A stretch of DNA of 64,000 bases from Geosiphon pyriformis uo1 (Eukaryota > Fungi > Glomeromycota), in NCBI GenBank assembly GCA_016748015.1, contig JAAOMT010000703.1:186001-250000 (forward strand), read 5' to 3'. Made by a program: the position numbers and the translations under genes. Every line of letters begins with the position of its first letter. Position 1 is the stretch's first letter. This document shows positions 23,601 to 35,587 of the stretch, one piece after another. The notes beneath the pieces are model-generated. The model searched no databases, was not told where the DNA came from, and saw nothing but the letters and a program-made list of their open reading frames with translations.

Positions 23601-25796
23601 TCAGGTCTCGGGATGCCAATTCAGGTTGGCTATCATGGCCTGTTGCTGGTAAGCTCCTTGATTTTGATACGTGGTGGGATATTGGCATGGTATTGGCGTG
23701 TACTGGTTTCTGGGCATTTGGGGTGGCGCGTAGTAATTATTTTTGCGTGCTTCCTGCATTATTCGCGTTTGACATTGACTAATCAAATATCCTACGCGTT
23801 TGCAAAAATGGCAGACGCGTGTTTCTGTTCTGAATTCCTGGCGTGACGAGCGATTATTTCGACTGTCACTGACTTCCTGGCTGCGTCTTTGGGGTGGTTG
23901 GTATGTATTTTTTCTCGGATCCGGGATGAGGTAACTTTCTATTTTCTTAGAGAGTTCCTCCCCTAATCGCGTTACTCTTTTCTCTAATGTTTCTGTCTTA
24001 TTTTCCTCCATTACCATGTTAACCATTTGACTATGGTTAGCTTCTTTCTCAGCCGATTCAAGAGCTCTGGCGAGCGTAACGGCTTCTGGTAAGGAATTAG
24101 GGTGGACAGAGCATATTCTTCCTAAAATGCTGCTTTTTAATCCTCTAATAAACTGATTTAAAACCTGAGAATCAGTGTAGTATCCTTGTTCAATCACTTC
24201 AATCTGACGGCGAATTCGATTGAATAGAGCAAGATATTGGGTGACAGTTTCACTGGTATTTTGCTTGATAGTATTGAATTTGTTCTGTAGTTGGATTATG
24301 GCGTTTGGGTTGCTAAAATACTCCAGGAGTGCATTTTTAAATTCGGCGAAGCTCGTGGGTTTTGTTTCCAGGTTTTGATACCATGAGTCGGCTGTGCCTT
24401 TCAGGAAAAAAGGTAATGTTTGAATTGCTCTTTGGTTGTTCCAGTTATTTGCCTGGATGGCTTTTTGTGCTTCTCTGAGCCATGTGTGCATGTCCGTTTC
24501 TTCTTCCTCTCCTGAGAAATCTGTTAGTCTTATAATGTATGGTGTGGTCATTTCGTTGCCGTTTTCTGCTGGTGGGTTTATTGGTCTAAGAGGAGGTGGG
24601 ATGATATTTCCTTGAGTGTTCCTAAAGGTGGCTTCTCTTATATTCGGTTCTTCCTCTTGATCACGAGTTTCTTGGTTTCTGGACTGGCTGCTTGTTCCAG
24701 TGACTGGTCTTGTGATTGTTTTTTCACTGGTCTCTTTTTCGGATTCTGATTCAGACTCCTCTTCACGGTTTTCAAACCCCATTCTAAATTTTGGCTGAAA
24801 AAGAGGGTTTTGGAATAGTGATGAATATCCTCCTGTAATTGGTATGTCTCCCCAGTTACGTTGTTTAATTTNNNNNNNNNNNNNNNNNNNNNNNNNNNNN
24901 NNNNNNNNNNNNNNNNNNNNNNNNNNNNNNNNNNNNNNNNNNNNNNNNNNNNNNNNNNNNNNNNNNNNNNNNNNNNNNNNNNNNNNNNNNNNNNNNNNNN
25001 NNNNNNNNNNNNNNNNNNNNNNNNNNNNNNNNNNNNNNNNNNNNNNNNNNTGGCTGCTTGTTCCAGTGACTGGTCTTGTGATTGTTTTTTCACTGGTCTC
25101 TTTTTCGGATTCTGATTCAGACTCCTCTTCACGGTTTTCAAACCCCATTCTAAATTTTGGCTGAAAAAGAGGGTTTTGGAATAGTGATGAATATCCTCCT
25201 GTAATTGGTATGTCTCCCCAGTTACGTTGTTTAATTTTATCAATATAACTAGGAGTTTTTGGCATTTGTGGAGTTGATGTTGATGATGATGCAGCTCCTA
25301 ATGGAATTTGTATCTTATTTTCTGGTGAAAAATAGTATGATTTATCTTCTAGTGAATAAATACGTTGTTTCTTTATTGATTGAGTGACAGTTTTCTTTGG
25401 CGTTTGAGCTGGTGTTTCTAGTTTTTGCTGGTTACTTTCCTGATTAGTTTCTAAATTTTCTTTGGTTTTGTTGGTGCATTCCCTAGTGTTTCCTGTGGAT
25501 ATTAAAAAATTTTCGTTGGCGTATTGCTCAATTTCTCAATGGATTTTGACAATAGTTGCGGCTATTACTGCTACTTCTTTTGTAGTGTATTGTGATAATT
25601 CTCTATACAATCCAAGTTTTGCATCATGTGGTTCTTCTTCCTTTCCTATATGATAATTTATTCTGGCATTGATATAATAAATGAGGGCAGATTCTGCTGG
25701 ACAACACCCTTCTGGTAATCCAAGATCACTTTGATTTTGTGTGTAAATAGCACGGCAGAATTCAAGAACAGTAAGATTAGGGGTTTTTGTTGCCAC
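23601..25796 (-). pseudogene. gag: B: gag
   Basis: FLKGTADSWY, KQNTSETVTQY, QFIRGL and a degenerate CHFCKRVG knuckle. In frame with the protease across a TGA. Confidence 0.88.
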
Positions 25797-25859
25797 TTTT
25801 GTCTTTTCCTTTTTAGCAATGAATTATTGCTAATTATTATTTCCTTTTTGATTTTCTTT

Positions 25860-25876
25860 CCTCGTAGGGTTCACCA
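25860..25876 (-). other. B primer-binding site TGGTGAACCCTACGAGG (a different tRNA from the A- and C-families)
   Basis: TGG start 2 nt inside the 5' LTR boundary; identical at 53743-53759. Confidence 0.8.
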
Positions 25877-25878
25877 AA

Positions 25879-26392
25879 TGTTACGGGATGGTTTTCTTGT
25901 TATATTTAATTGCTGATATCCCGCTTTAATTGCAATCAGTCTTTCGTGAGTTCCTCAATTCTATTTGTGTGATAATGTCACTTGTTACACTGAAGGCTTT
26001 CTTTTTACTGTTGCGATGTAAGTTATNNNNNNNNNNNNNNNNNNNNAAAGTATGATTTAAAGTGGAGTTTGTTGGATAAAATTGGATCTATTGCTTGATA
26101 AGTTATGATTTTTATTACTTGATTGATTCTTTCCCAATATTAAAACTACTGTATATATGCATGTTTGTAGTTCTACGAGAAAATACTTTCTTTTTGATAT
26201 TTCAACCTGGTGCTTGCTGCTATCACCAGTTGGTGTTGACTGCTATTGTGAACTGGTGCTTGCCACTATCGCGAGATGGTGTTTGCTACTATGTTAATCA
26301 TTACCTTTCTAAGATTATTACTGTGCTATATTATGATTGAATAGTTTGTATTATTTTTATGATTCTTTTTGCTAAATTCTTAAACCGTAACA
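25879..26392 (-). repeat. Element B 5' LTR (contains an assembly gap)
   Basis: Matches both ends of 17536-18402. Confidence 0.9.
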
Positions 26393-26522
26393 CTGTACTG
26401 TTAAAATAAGGATTTAGTAAATCCTAAATGGTTTGTTCCTATTATTTCTAATTCTGCCATTTTTGGATAATTGTTGTTGGTGCTGGTTCTCTGTAAAATT
26501 ATACCTTACAAGAAACACCAAA

Positions 26523-27389
26523 TGTTACTGGTGATTATTTGGGGTCTCAATGCAAATAACAAATCCATAACTTGGTGCTCAATTGATATAATAATGTTAG
26601 TAACTGTATTTGAAGGTTTTCATGATCTGAAGATATTGTTTGTCTGAAAATTTTGGTGGAGTTTTTTGTATAATAAACAGAAATTTCAATGTAATTTTCT
26701 TTTAATGATGTTTTCAGTGTCAACCCACAGATTAAGTAGTTGTTGTTCATTACTTTCTGGAATCACAATTTCATTAATTTTTTTCTCAGCATGGTGGCCA
26801 GCAATTTTTTGGTAAGTTATTCTCAAATCTGAGTGTTTACTCTTATTCCTGGGTTTTTTACTAGTGCTATATTCTAATGTTAATATTTCCATATGTAAAT
26901 TTTTTTAATTAAGTTAACAACCAAAGAAAATAAAGCAAGAAAAGAAAATAATAAAATAAGAAACTAAGCCAAAGTGATTTGCATATTAGTATCTCATCAA
27001 TAGCTGTGATCAAGAGCTATTGTTCCAGTGTGATTAAGTATTAATTACTATTAACATGAAGTATTGATAGTAAAGAGTAGATTTGAGATAGTAAATAATT
27101 ATATATTAATATTTGTGATGTGGAAGACTATTTAGATTAAATTTAAACTGAGAGGTCTGTCTTTTTTACTTCTAATACTATCGCTATATATACATAATTA
27201 AAATTTCTCAATTTCTCAATTTTTCATACCAGGAATCCTAAAATTTCTGGAATTCTGCAATTCTTTTGAGAAAAATTCTGCAATTCTTTGTATGAGAATT
27301 CTGAAATTCTTAGAATTCCACATCTACTATGGCTATTTTTGATTGGCTAATTTATATACTAATATACTTCCTATATTTTATGAGTAATA
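26523..27389 (-). repeat. Element D 5' LTR (PBS at 26504-26520; start of gag at 26393-26503)
   Basis: Reverse-strand homologue of the A LTR, adjacent to the PBS. Confidence 0.9.
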
Positions 27390-30300
27390 GTAAATATTAC
27401 ATTACAAACTATTTACAGATGAGAAAAATGTTATTTGTTCTAACCAAAACAATTATAACAAATGAACTTAGGAAACTTAAACCCACTTTAACATATACAA
27501 CTCAAGATACTACTCAACAATTTTATTGATATCTTTGTTAGCAAAAATAAATTTGACAAAACTGACATTATTCAACACCAAATCAAGACAAAAAATACAA
27601 TACTAATTAAACAAAGAGCATACAGAATACCACTAGCAAGCCATAAGATCATCCAACAAAAAATCAACAGAATATTAGACAATAAATTAATTCAACTATC
27701 TATAAGTCTATAATTATTATCAATGGTATTAGTCCAGAAAAAAAATGAGAAAATACACTTTTGTGTAGATTACAAAAAGCTTAACAGTATTACTTATAAA
27801 GACAATTATTCAACTTCATGGATTTAAGAATTATTCAATATATTTGAAAGAAAGAAATAATTTTCAACATTGGATTTAAACAGTGGTTATTGACAAATAG
27901 TTATGAAACTGAAGAATAAGAAAAAGACTATATTCACAACTAAAAAAGAGAATTTTGAATTTAATGTTATGCCATTTAGCTTAATTAATGTCCCAGCCAT
28001 CTTTTAATGACTAATAGAAATTGTCTATACTAAATTATTATGAAAATCAGTAGTAATCTACTTGGATAACACCAATATGTTTTCCAAAACATTTGATAAC
28101 CATCTGTATTATCTTTAGCAAGTGTTCAAGAGATTAAGAAAAACCAGATTGAAATTAAATACAATTAAGTGCTTTTTTGGTAAAACAAAATTAAAATTTT
28201 TGGAATATGTTGTAAGCAAAGACAGCATTAAAATAGATCTAGATAAAATCAAAATATTTAAAAACTTTTTAGTACCAACCAATCTGACAAAACTATGAAC
28301 ATTTTTGGAATTTGCTAAATACTACTATTGCTTTATTCAGAACTTTTCTAAGCTGGCTTAACTATTTTATTGGCTCTAAGCAAAGAATGTAAAATATAAA
28401 TAGACTGAAACTCAACAAAAAGCTTTTAACATTTTAAGAAGAAAGCTTATTTAAACATTAGTATTAATCTATCCAGATTACAGCAAGTCATTTATTATTA
28501 CTACTAATGTATTTAGTCAAGTATTGGGAGCAGTATTGTCTTAAAAAAGAGCAGATAAACAAGAATACCTAATAATATATGCCAGTAGAAGTTTAAGTTC
28601 AGCTGAAAAAAACTATGGAACCTCAGCATGAGAACACTTAACTATTTATTAGGCTGTTATCAAATGAAAAAAATATTTGAGTCAAAAATTTGATGTATAT
28701 ATTGATTACAAAGAATTGACATTAATTCAAAAACAAAAATTCGAAGATGATAACCATGCAAGATAGAAAATAAAACTATCATTATTTAATTATACAGTAT
28801 ATTATAAAAAAAAAAATGAAAATGCTGATAGTTTGTCATAAATTAAAAAAATCTGAAAACATTTTCAAACCAAAAATATTAACAGCTTCAATATTTTATT
28901 AGTATTCAACAGTTTAAGAAGAAATTATCTTAAAAAAAACAAAACAACATAAAACAACAAGCCAAATATTTTATTACTTACCAAAATATATTATACTAAA
29001 AAAACAGAAAATATTCAGATCAGCCATTTAGAGTAATAATAGAGTTAAAAAAAGAAACAATACTATTCAACATGTATTCAGATCTAACAGCAGGACATTT
29101 TCATGAAAAAATAATCATAGAAAAAACCTGAAAAAAATATTATTGGCCATCTATATATTCAAATATTATTTAATATGTTTAAAATTGTAATGCTTATCAA
29201 AGAAAAGAAAAAACAAGACTTAGTAAACCACTAAGACCAATTAAAGTAGAACAACTATTTGATCAAATTGGAATTGACTTAGTTAAACCATTAACAATAA
29301 CTAACAAAGACAATTATTATATAGCAGTAGCTATAAATTATCTTACAAAATAGTCAGAAGTAAAAACAATTCAAAGAGCAGATGCAAAATCCATAGCCAA
29401 ATTTGTTCACCAAAATTTGATTTGTCATATGAATATTTAAAAAAATTATTATCAGATCAAAAAACTCATTTTGTAAACAAAACATTAACAAAATTAAGTC
29501 AAAGATTTGGAATCAAAAAACCACTATTATTATTATACTATTTATAAACAAATGGCTTAGTCAAAAGATTCAACAAAATATTGTGTGAAACAATAACCAA
29601 AATCAGCCAAAAAAACCAGAACAAATATGATTTGTTTATATTATTAATATTATTTGCTTATCAAACAATAAAGCAAAATACTACACAAGCAATACTATTT
29701 AAACTTGTTTATGATAGAATAACAATATTACTAATTGAAATAAACATCAACACATATTTAACAAAATCAATAACAGAAGCCAAATTCCAAAAAACATTGT
29801 TGAAAAAAACATATGAGTTAATAGAAACTTTAAAAAACAAAAAGTAAAGAACAGTTAATAATATTCAGAAGTTACAAGAAAAACAAAAAAAATAACATAA
29901 TAACCAATTACTAGAAACCAATTGAATTCAGAATTGGAGACAAAGTACTTTTACATCATACCAAAGCAAAAAAACAATAAAGTGAAAAATTTGACTTTAA
30001 ATAGGATGGATCATTTCATATTGAAGAAATTCTAAGAAATAGAGCTTATAAACTAAGATGAAGCAACAAAATTTTAGCTAAAACAGTACATAAAGATTGA
30101 CTGAAACCATATTACAATATAGTATTATCATCTACCAGTAATATTTCACAACTGGAAGTACAACAAATACTAGTTCAACCAAATAAAATTTCATAAGATC
30201 TAGAACTAATCATAATTATCAATACAAACATGTTAAATTGATTTACAAAAATAGTATATAAAAACACAATAAATATAACAACAGCAACAATAAAAAATAG

Positions 30301-31863
30301 AAATCTCAGATTATATTTATTCAATGACTTAACAACTATTTTAAGCCATAAATCAATAACAATTAGACATAGAAATTGTTATCAATCACCAAACAATTTG
30401 TTATTAAAACACAACAAAGAAAAAAAAACTAAAATTACTTTATATTAATAATCACAAAATTAAATAAAATATTGGTTAGATAAATCATAAAGAAAGTAAA
30501 AAACACTTTTGGAAAAATACAAAGAATAATTTCAATAGAAAAACTAACCAAGAAAAACTGAAAGTTATAAATAGAACAACTTCTAATAGCATATTGTTAT
30601 TATTAGTTAAGACAAAAGTTAAATATTCAAAAATTATGTATTGATAAATCTAAAAGAATATTCAAACAAGAAATAGTACAACAGATTAAAGAGTTTATTG
30701 AAAAAAAGACAAATTCAAGAATATACATCAAAACAATTTACTGACTACATATTATATTTCAAAACTATCTAAAAATATTACTACACCAAAAAATGGAAAT
30801 AATAACTGTTAACCAATAAGGAAAAATGAACAACCCTTAATATGAAAAAATAAAGAACAAAATTAAACAAACAATATTAGAAAAAGAAGTAATAAACTTA
30901 ATTCAAAGTAAAAATTTTGACAAAGCTCAATATAAAAAAAAAAAAATAATATTATTCATATAAAGAAAGAAAACTAGAAAAACAGATAGAAAAATAGACC
31001 AATAGAAGAATAATACTTAACACATAAACACAATATCAAAAAACTATAACATATTGCTAGCAAATTATAACACATTGCTTAATAATATAAGCAATATTAA
31101 TAAATTAAAGCATATTGCTTAAGAAAATATGAGATCTTATAAAACAAAAAATATATATATATAACAAGAGTATTAGAAGCAGAAAAAACAGATTTCATTT
31201 AAGAATTCAGTTTAGAATCAATACCTACAACTCATTAATTATCTCATATCTCTCTTTTCAAAAGATAGATTTCTACAACTTAAAGCAAAATCAAATCACA
31301 TATCAATAAAATATCAATTACTACTTGAATCTATGTTATTATTGCTTGATTAAAAGAATATTAAATACTTCTATTCTATTAACACTATATGTTAATAGAA
31401 TTTAATACTTAACTACACTGGACCAATAGCTTTTGATTATAGCTATTGACAGAATACTAATTTCTTAATTTTTTTTTTATTTTTTTTATTTTTTTATTTT
31501 CTTTTGTTTGTTTTGTTGATTTATTAACTGATTAAAGAGATTAAGCATTAAGTATTTTGATGTTAAAAATAGTCTAATAAAAGACCCAAAAATAAGAGTA
31601 TAAAACTCAAAAATTGAGAATAGCTTACCAAAAAGGCATAACTGTTAAAATAAACCAGCCACTATGCAAAAAAAAAAATTAATGAAATAACTATTCTGGG
31701 AGACTATTGAAACATCTATTAAATCTTTGTTTATTATATAAAAAATTTTACCAAAATTTTCAAATCACAAAAACTTTTAGATATTATTAATATCATTTAG
31801 CTATTGAGCACTAAATTATAAATTTGTTATTTATATCAATATCTCAAATAATTACCTATAACA
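27390..31863 (+). mobile_element. Element E, 3' half (RT-RH, IN, ORF3, 3' LTR at 30950-31863); host of D
   Basis: Colinear with A from ~6300 onward and very A-rich. ORF 29581..29847 is an integrase remnant. The 5' half lies outside the window. Confidence 0.88.
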
Positions 31864-31947
31864 GCATTTAAGATTGTAATTATTAATTCTATTCTGGTTT
31901 TCAAAAATGTGAATTTGTATTGAACTGGTTTTTTTTTGGCTTGCTGT
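31864..31947 (+). pseudogene. LINE-like element F: ORF1 fragment 1
   Basis: Joins 35122 across the TSD of G to give a C-x2-C-x4-H-x4-C-like knuckle remnant. Confidence 0.55.
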
Positions 31948-33187
31948 TGTTACAGATGATTATTTAGGGTCTTAAAGCAAATAATAAACTCATAACTTGG
32001 TGCTCAATTGATATAATAATTATGTTGATTTCTGAAGGTGTTTAATAATCTGAAGATTTGGTGGTTGAGTTTTTTGTATAATAAACAGAGATTCAATAGT
32101 TGTTTATCCATAGCTTCCTAGAATTGCAATTCTGTTAATTTTTTTCTTCAGCTTAATGGTTGATACTTCTCTAGTAAGTAATCTGTAATTCCTTTACATG
32201 CTCTATCCATTTGTAGGGGTTTTTTACTAGACAATTCTTGATGTTAATAACTTAGTGCTTAATTCTTTTAATCAATTTAGTGAATAACAAAAGAAAATAA
32301 AAGAAAATAAAAGAAAATAAAGAAAATAAAGAAAAATAAAAAAATAAAGAAAATAAAATAAAAAATAAGTGTTCTGTCAATAGCTGTGATCAAAAGCTAT
32401 TGTGTTAGCAAGTTAAGTAGTAGATAATAACATGAATTTAAGGATAATAGATAATTTCATTAATATGGAAGTGATTTTATTTCAAGTTATAGTATTCTAT
32501 CTTTTGAAGAAAGGGTATTTAATAATTATGATCTGTGAGTCTAATTGACTCTGAAAGTTGTACTAACTCTTAGTCTTCTTAACTTTGAGCCTAATTGACT
32601 AATTTTCTAGCTTCTGATATTACTACTATATATACATAAATTTTATTGTATGAGATTCCTTGAATTTCTCAATTTTTTAGCCAAGAATTCTAGAATTCCT
32701 GAAATCCTGCAATTTTTTTGAGAGGAATTCTGGAATTCTGGAATCCTGTAATTCTTCATACAAGAATTTTGAAATTCCTGGAATTCTGCAATTCTTCTAA
32801 GAGGAATTCTGGAATTCCACTTTTACTATGTTTATTCTGATTGGCTAATTTATGTACTAATATTTAATTCCTATATTCTATGAGTAAAATTATTCCCTCC
32901 TTTAATATTGAGCTTCTGCAAAATCTTCTAAATCTTTCTTTTGTATCAATGTTGTTGCTGTAATTTTTATTGCTATTTTTTTTTTAATTTTATACATGAC
33001 TGGAGTTTTTAATTATAGTGGTCTGTCCAAAATATCAATTTCAAATCTTGCATCTGTATTATGTACATGTTCAGACATAATGCTTTTATTATTATCACTG
33101 AATTTAGTTAATTCCTGCTCTATTGTAAGATCTAGAAGCATAATATATTATTTGGTATTTGAAGCAGAATTTGAATTGTTGTTGGCA

Positions 33188-33349
33188 GAGTTTGAATCAT
33201 TGTTGTCATTAGCAGAGTTTGAATCATTTTTGTCATTAGCGAAGTTTGAATTGTTGTTGTTATCAGTGAAGTTTGAATTGTTGTTGTCATCAGTGGAGTT
33301 TGAATCATTGCTGTTATTAGCAGAGTTTGAATCATTGCTGTTATTAGTG
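33188..33349. repeat. 27-bp tandem repeat x6 inside G
   Basis: GAGTTTGAATCATTGTTGTCATTAGCA-like units; the minus strand reads (NDSNSANDN)n. Confidence 0.9.
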
Positions 33350-33479
33350 GAGTTTAAATCAGAATTAAGTTTTGATTCCAATTTCTATTTGTTCTTGCTG
33401 ATTGGCTTTTCTTCAAATATATGATACATAAAAGTAAATTGTAACTATGTCTCAATATTTTAACTTAAAGCTGTCAGGT

Positions 33480-34100
33480 AAGTTTTGCTGATTTATTGGT
33501 ATTGTGAGAATTAGGTTTTATTGGTAAGTTTCCTTGTATAATAGTGGTGTTTAGAATTTATTGGACTTCAAATGTTCAGGTTTTTAAATAATTCCTAGAG
33601 TTTAAATTGTTAGAGGTTTAATGAGTTTTATCAACGGTAAGTTTCTTTGTATGATAGTGAGGTTAAAATTTATTGGGTTTCAAATGTTTGAGTCTTTTAA
33701 ACAATTGATTCTTGAATAATTGAAGTTTTAACAAGTTTATTAAAGATAAGTTTTAAATGTTCAGGGTTTTAATGATCAGGTTTTGAATAAACAGAGTTTT
33801 AATTTAATGAGTTTTAATGAATTTATTAATAATAATTTTCGAAGGTTTGGGGTTTTAACAATTGGGTCTTGAATAATTGGAGTTTTAATTTAATAAGTTT
33901 TTAACAAATTTATCAAGGGTAAGTTTCAAATGTTTGGGGTTTTAATAATCAGGTTTTAAATAAATGGAGTTTTAATTTAATAAGTTTTTAATGAATTTAT
34001 CAAGAGTAAGTTTTGAATGTTTAGGGTTTTAATAATTAAGTCTTGAATAATCAGAGTTTTAATTTAATAAGTTTTTAATGAATTTATCAACAGTAAGTTA
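33480..34100. repeat. ~87-bp tandem repeat (about 4 clear copies plus degenerate ones) inside G
   Basis: The anchor GTTTTAATTTAA recurs at 33796, 33882, 33969 and 34056. Confidence 0.8.
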
Positions 34101-35121
34101 AAATAAGGATTTTGTAAATCCTAAGTGATTTTCTTTTGTTTTCTTTTGGTCTGCCACTTTCCTGCATGGTTGTTGCTGGTGCTGGTTTTCTGTTGGATTA
34201 TACCTCACAGGGAGCACCAAATGTTATAAGTAATTATTTGGAATCTCAAAGCAAATAACAAACCCATAACTTGGTGCTCAATTGATATAATAATTATGTT
34301 GGTTTCTAAAAGTGTTTAATAATCTGAAGGTTTGGTGGTTGAGTTTTTTGTATAATAGACAGAGATTCAATAGTTGTTTATCTATAGCTTTCCAGAATCA
34401 CAATTCTGTCAATTTTTTTCTTTAGCTTGATGACTGGTACTCCTTTGGTAAGTAATCTGTAATTTCTTTATGTGCTCTATTCACTTGCAAGAGTCTTTTA
34501 CCAGACAATCTTTGACATTAATAACTCAGTGCTTAATCTTTTTAATCAATTTAGTAAATAACAAAAGAAAATAAAAAAAAATAAAAAAAATAAAAAAAAA
34601 TAAAAAAATAAAAAAAATAAAATAAGAAATAAGTGTCTTATTAATAGCTGTAATTAAAAGCTATTGTGTCAGCAGGTTAAGTAGTAGATAATAACATAGA
34701 TTTAAAGATAATAGATAATTCCATTAATATAGAAGTAATTTCACTTCAAGTTATAGTATTCTATCTTTTGAAGGAAGGGTATTTAATAATTATAATCTGC
34801 GAGTCTAATTAACTCTCAGTCTTTTTAATTTTGAGTCTAATTGACTAATTTTCTAGCTTCTTATACTACTACTACTATATTTACATAAATTTTATTGTAT
34901 AAGATTCCTTGAATTCCTTAATTTTCTAACCAGGAATTCTGGAATTTTTTTAAGAAGAATTCTGGAATTCTAGAATCCTGTAATTCCTCATATGAAAATT
35001 CTGAAATTCCTGGAATTCTGCAATTCCTCTGAGAAGAATCTTGGAATTCTACTTTTACTACGTTTATTCTGATTGGCTAATTTATGTACTAATATTTAAT
35101 TCCTATATTCTACGAGTAATA

Positions 35122-35587
35122 CTGTGCTTAATACAAACAATTTGGTTATGTTTCTGTTATGTGTTTAGTGAGTAAGAATTCTGGTGGTTACATTAAATAG
35201 TTGGTAACTTTTCAGGACCAGATTTGTTTAACAAGTATTTATAAAAAGAAGCAGACATTAATTGTTTGTCCAGTATTTTTTGGAGAGAAAACTTGGGTTC
35301 AGATTGCTAACAGTTTACTTCTTATATAATGCCTTTAGTTTTTATTGGTACTGATTTATCTTTGGATGTTAAACCTTTCCTACTGGTTTTTTTGGATGTA
35401 AGTAATAGGTTTGCCATTCTTAAACACAGTTTTGTCAACTTTTTAGAGCAGATTAATAAGCTGGCTAAAAGATTGGACACACTTAAGCCAATGGTTTTTC
35501 AGTTTAGCCTTAAATATTAGCCATTGGTAACCTTTTTATTACAGAATTAAGAAATAAATACAATAATAAATGAGAGTTTAAGTGTAA
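35122..35587 (+). pseudogene. LINE-like element F: ORF1 fragment 2
   Basis: Coiled-coil-like remnant in ORF 35329..35520; continues at 55845 across H. Confidence 0.6.

Larger units (their letters stand above)
17536..26392 (-). mobile_element. Element B: youngest-looking Ty3/Gypsy element (distinct LTR family) with dUTPase, inserted in the gag of D
   Basis: TGTTAC..GTAACA LTRs at 17536-18402 and 25879-26392 are nearly identical. TSD CTGT (17532-17535 and 26393-26396). CpGs are largely retained. Confidence 0.95.
31948..35121 (-). mobile_element. Element G: non-autonomous A-family LTR element with a 1.3-kb internal region
   Basis: LTRs at 31948-32889 and 34222-35121, PBS at 34203-34219, PPT at 32890-32903, TSD CTGT (31944-31947 and 35122-35125). 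No RT or IN. Confidence 0.92.

Noticed and set aside
23591-23603. gag-pol readthrough stop in B
   Set aside because: The TGA is plausibly CGA>TGA decay and I see no matching conserved stop in the A-family.
24684-25233. Apparent ~185-bp direct duplication in B gag
   Set aside because: The two copies are identical and flank an N gap, and the sister copy B2 has one copy. This is a scaffolding overlap artefact.
33188-34100. CRISPR-like look of the regular repeats
   Set aside because: Head-to-tail tandem units with no unique spacers, no cas genes, eukaryotic context, and derivable from element linkers.
34203-34219. tRNA gene fragment ending in CCA
   Set aside because: It is the PBS complement; there is no cloverleaf upstream.
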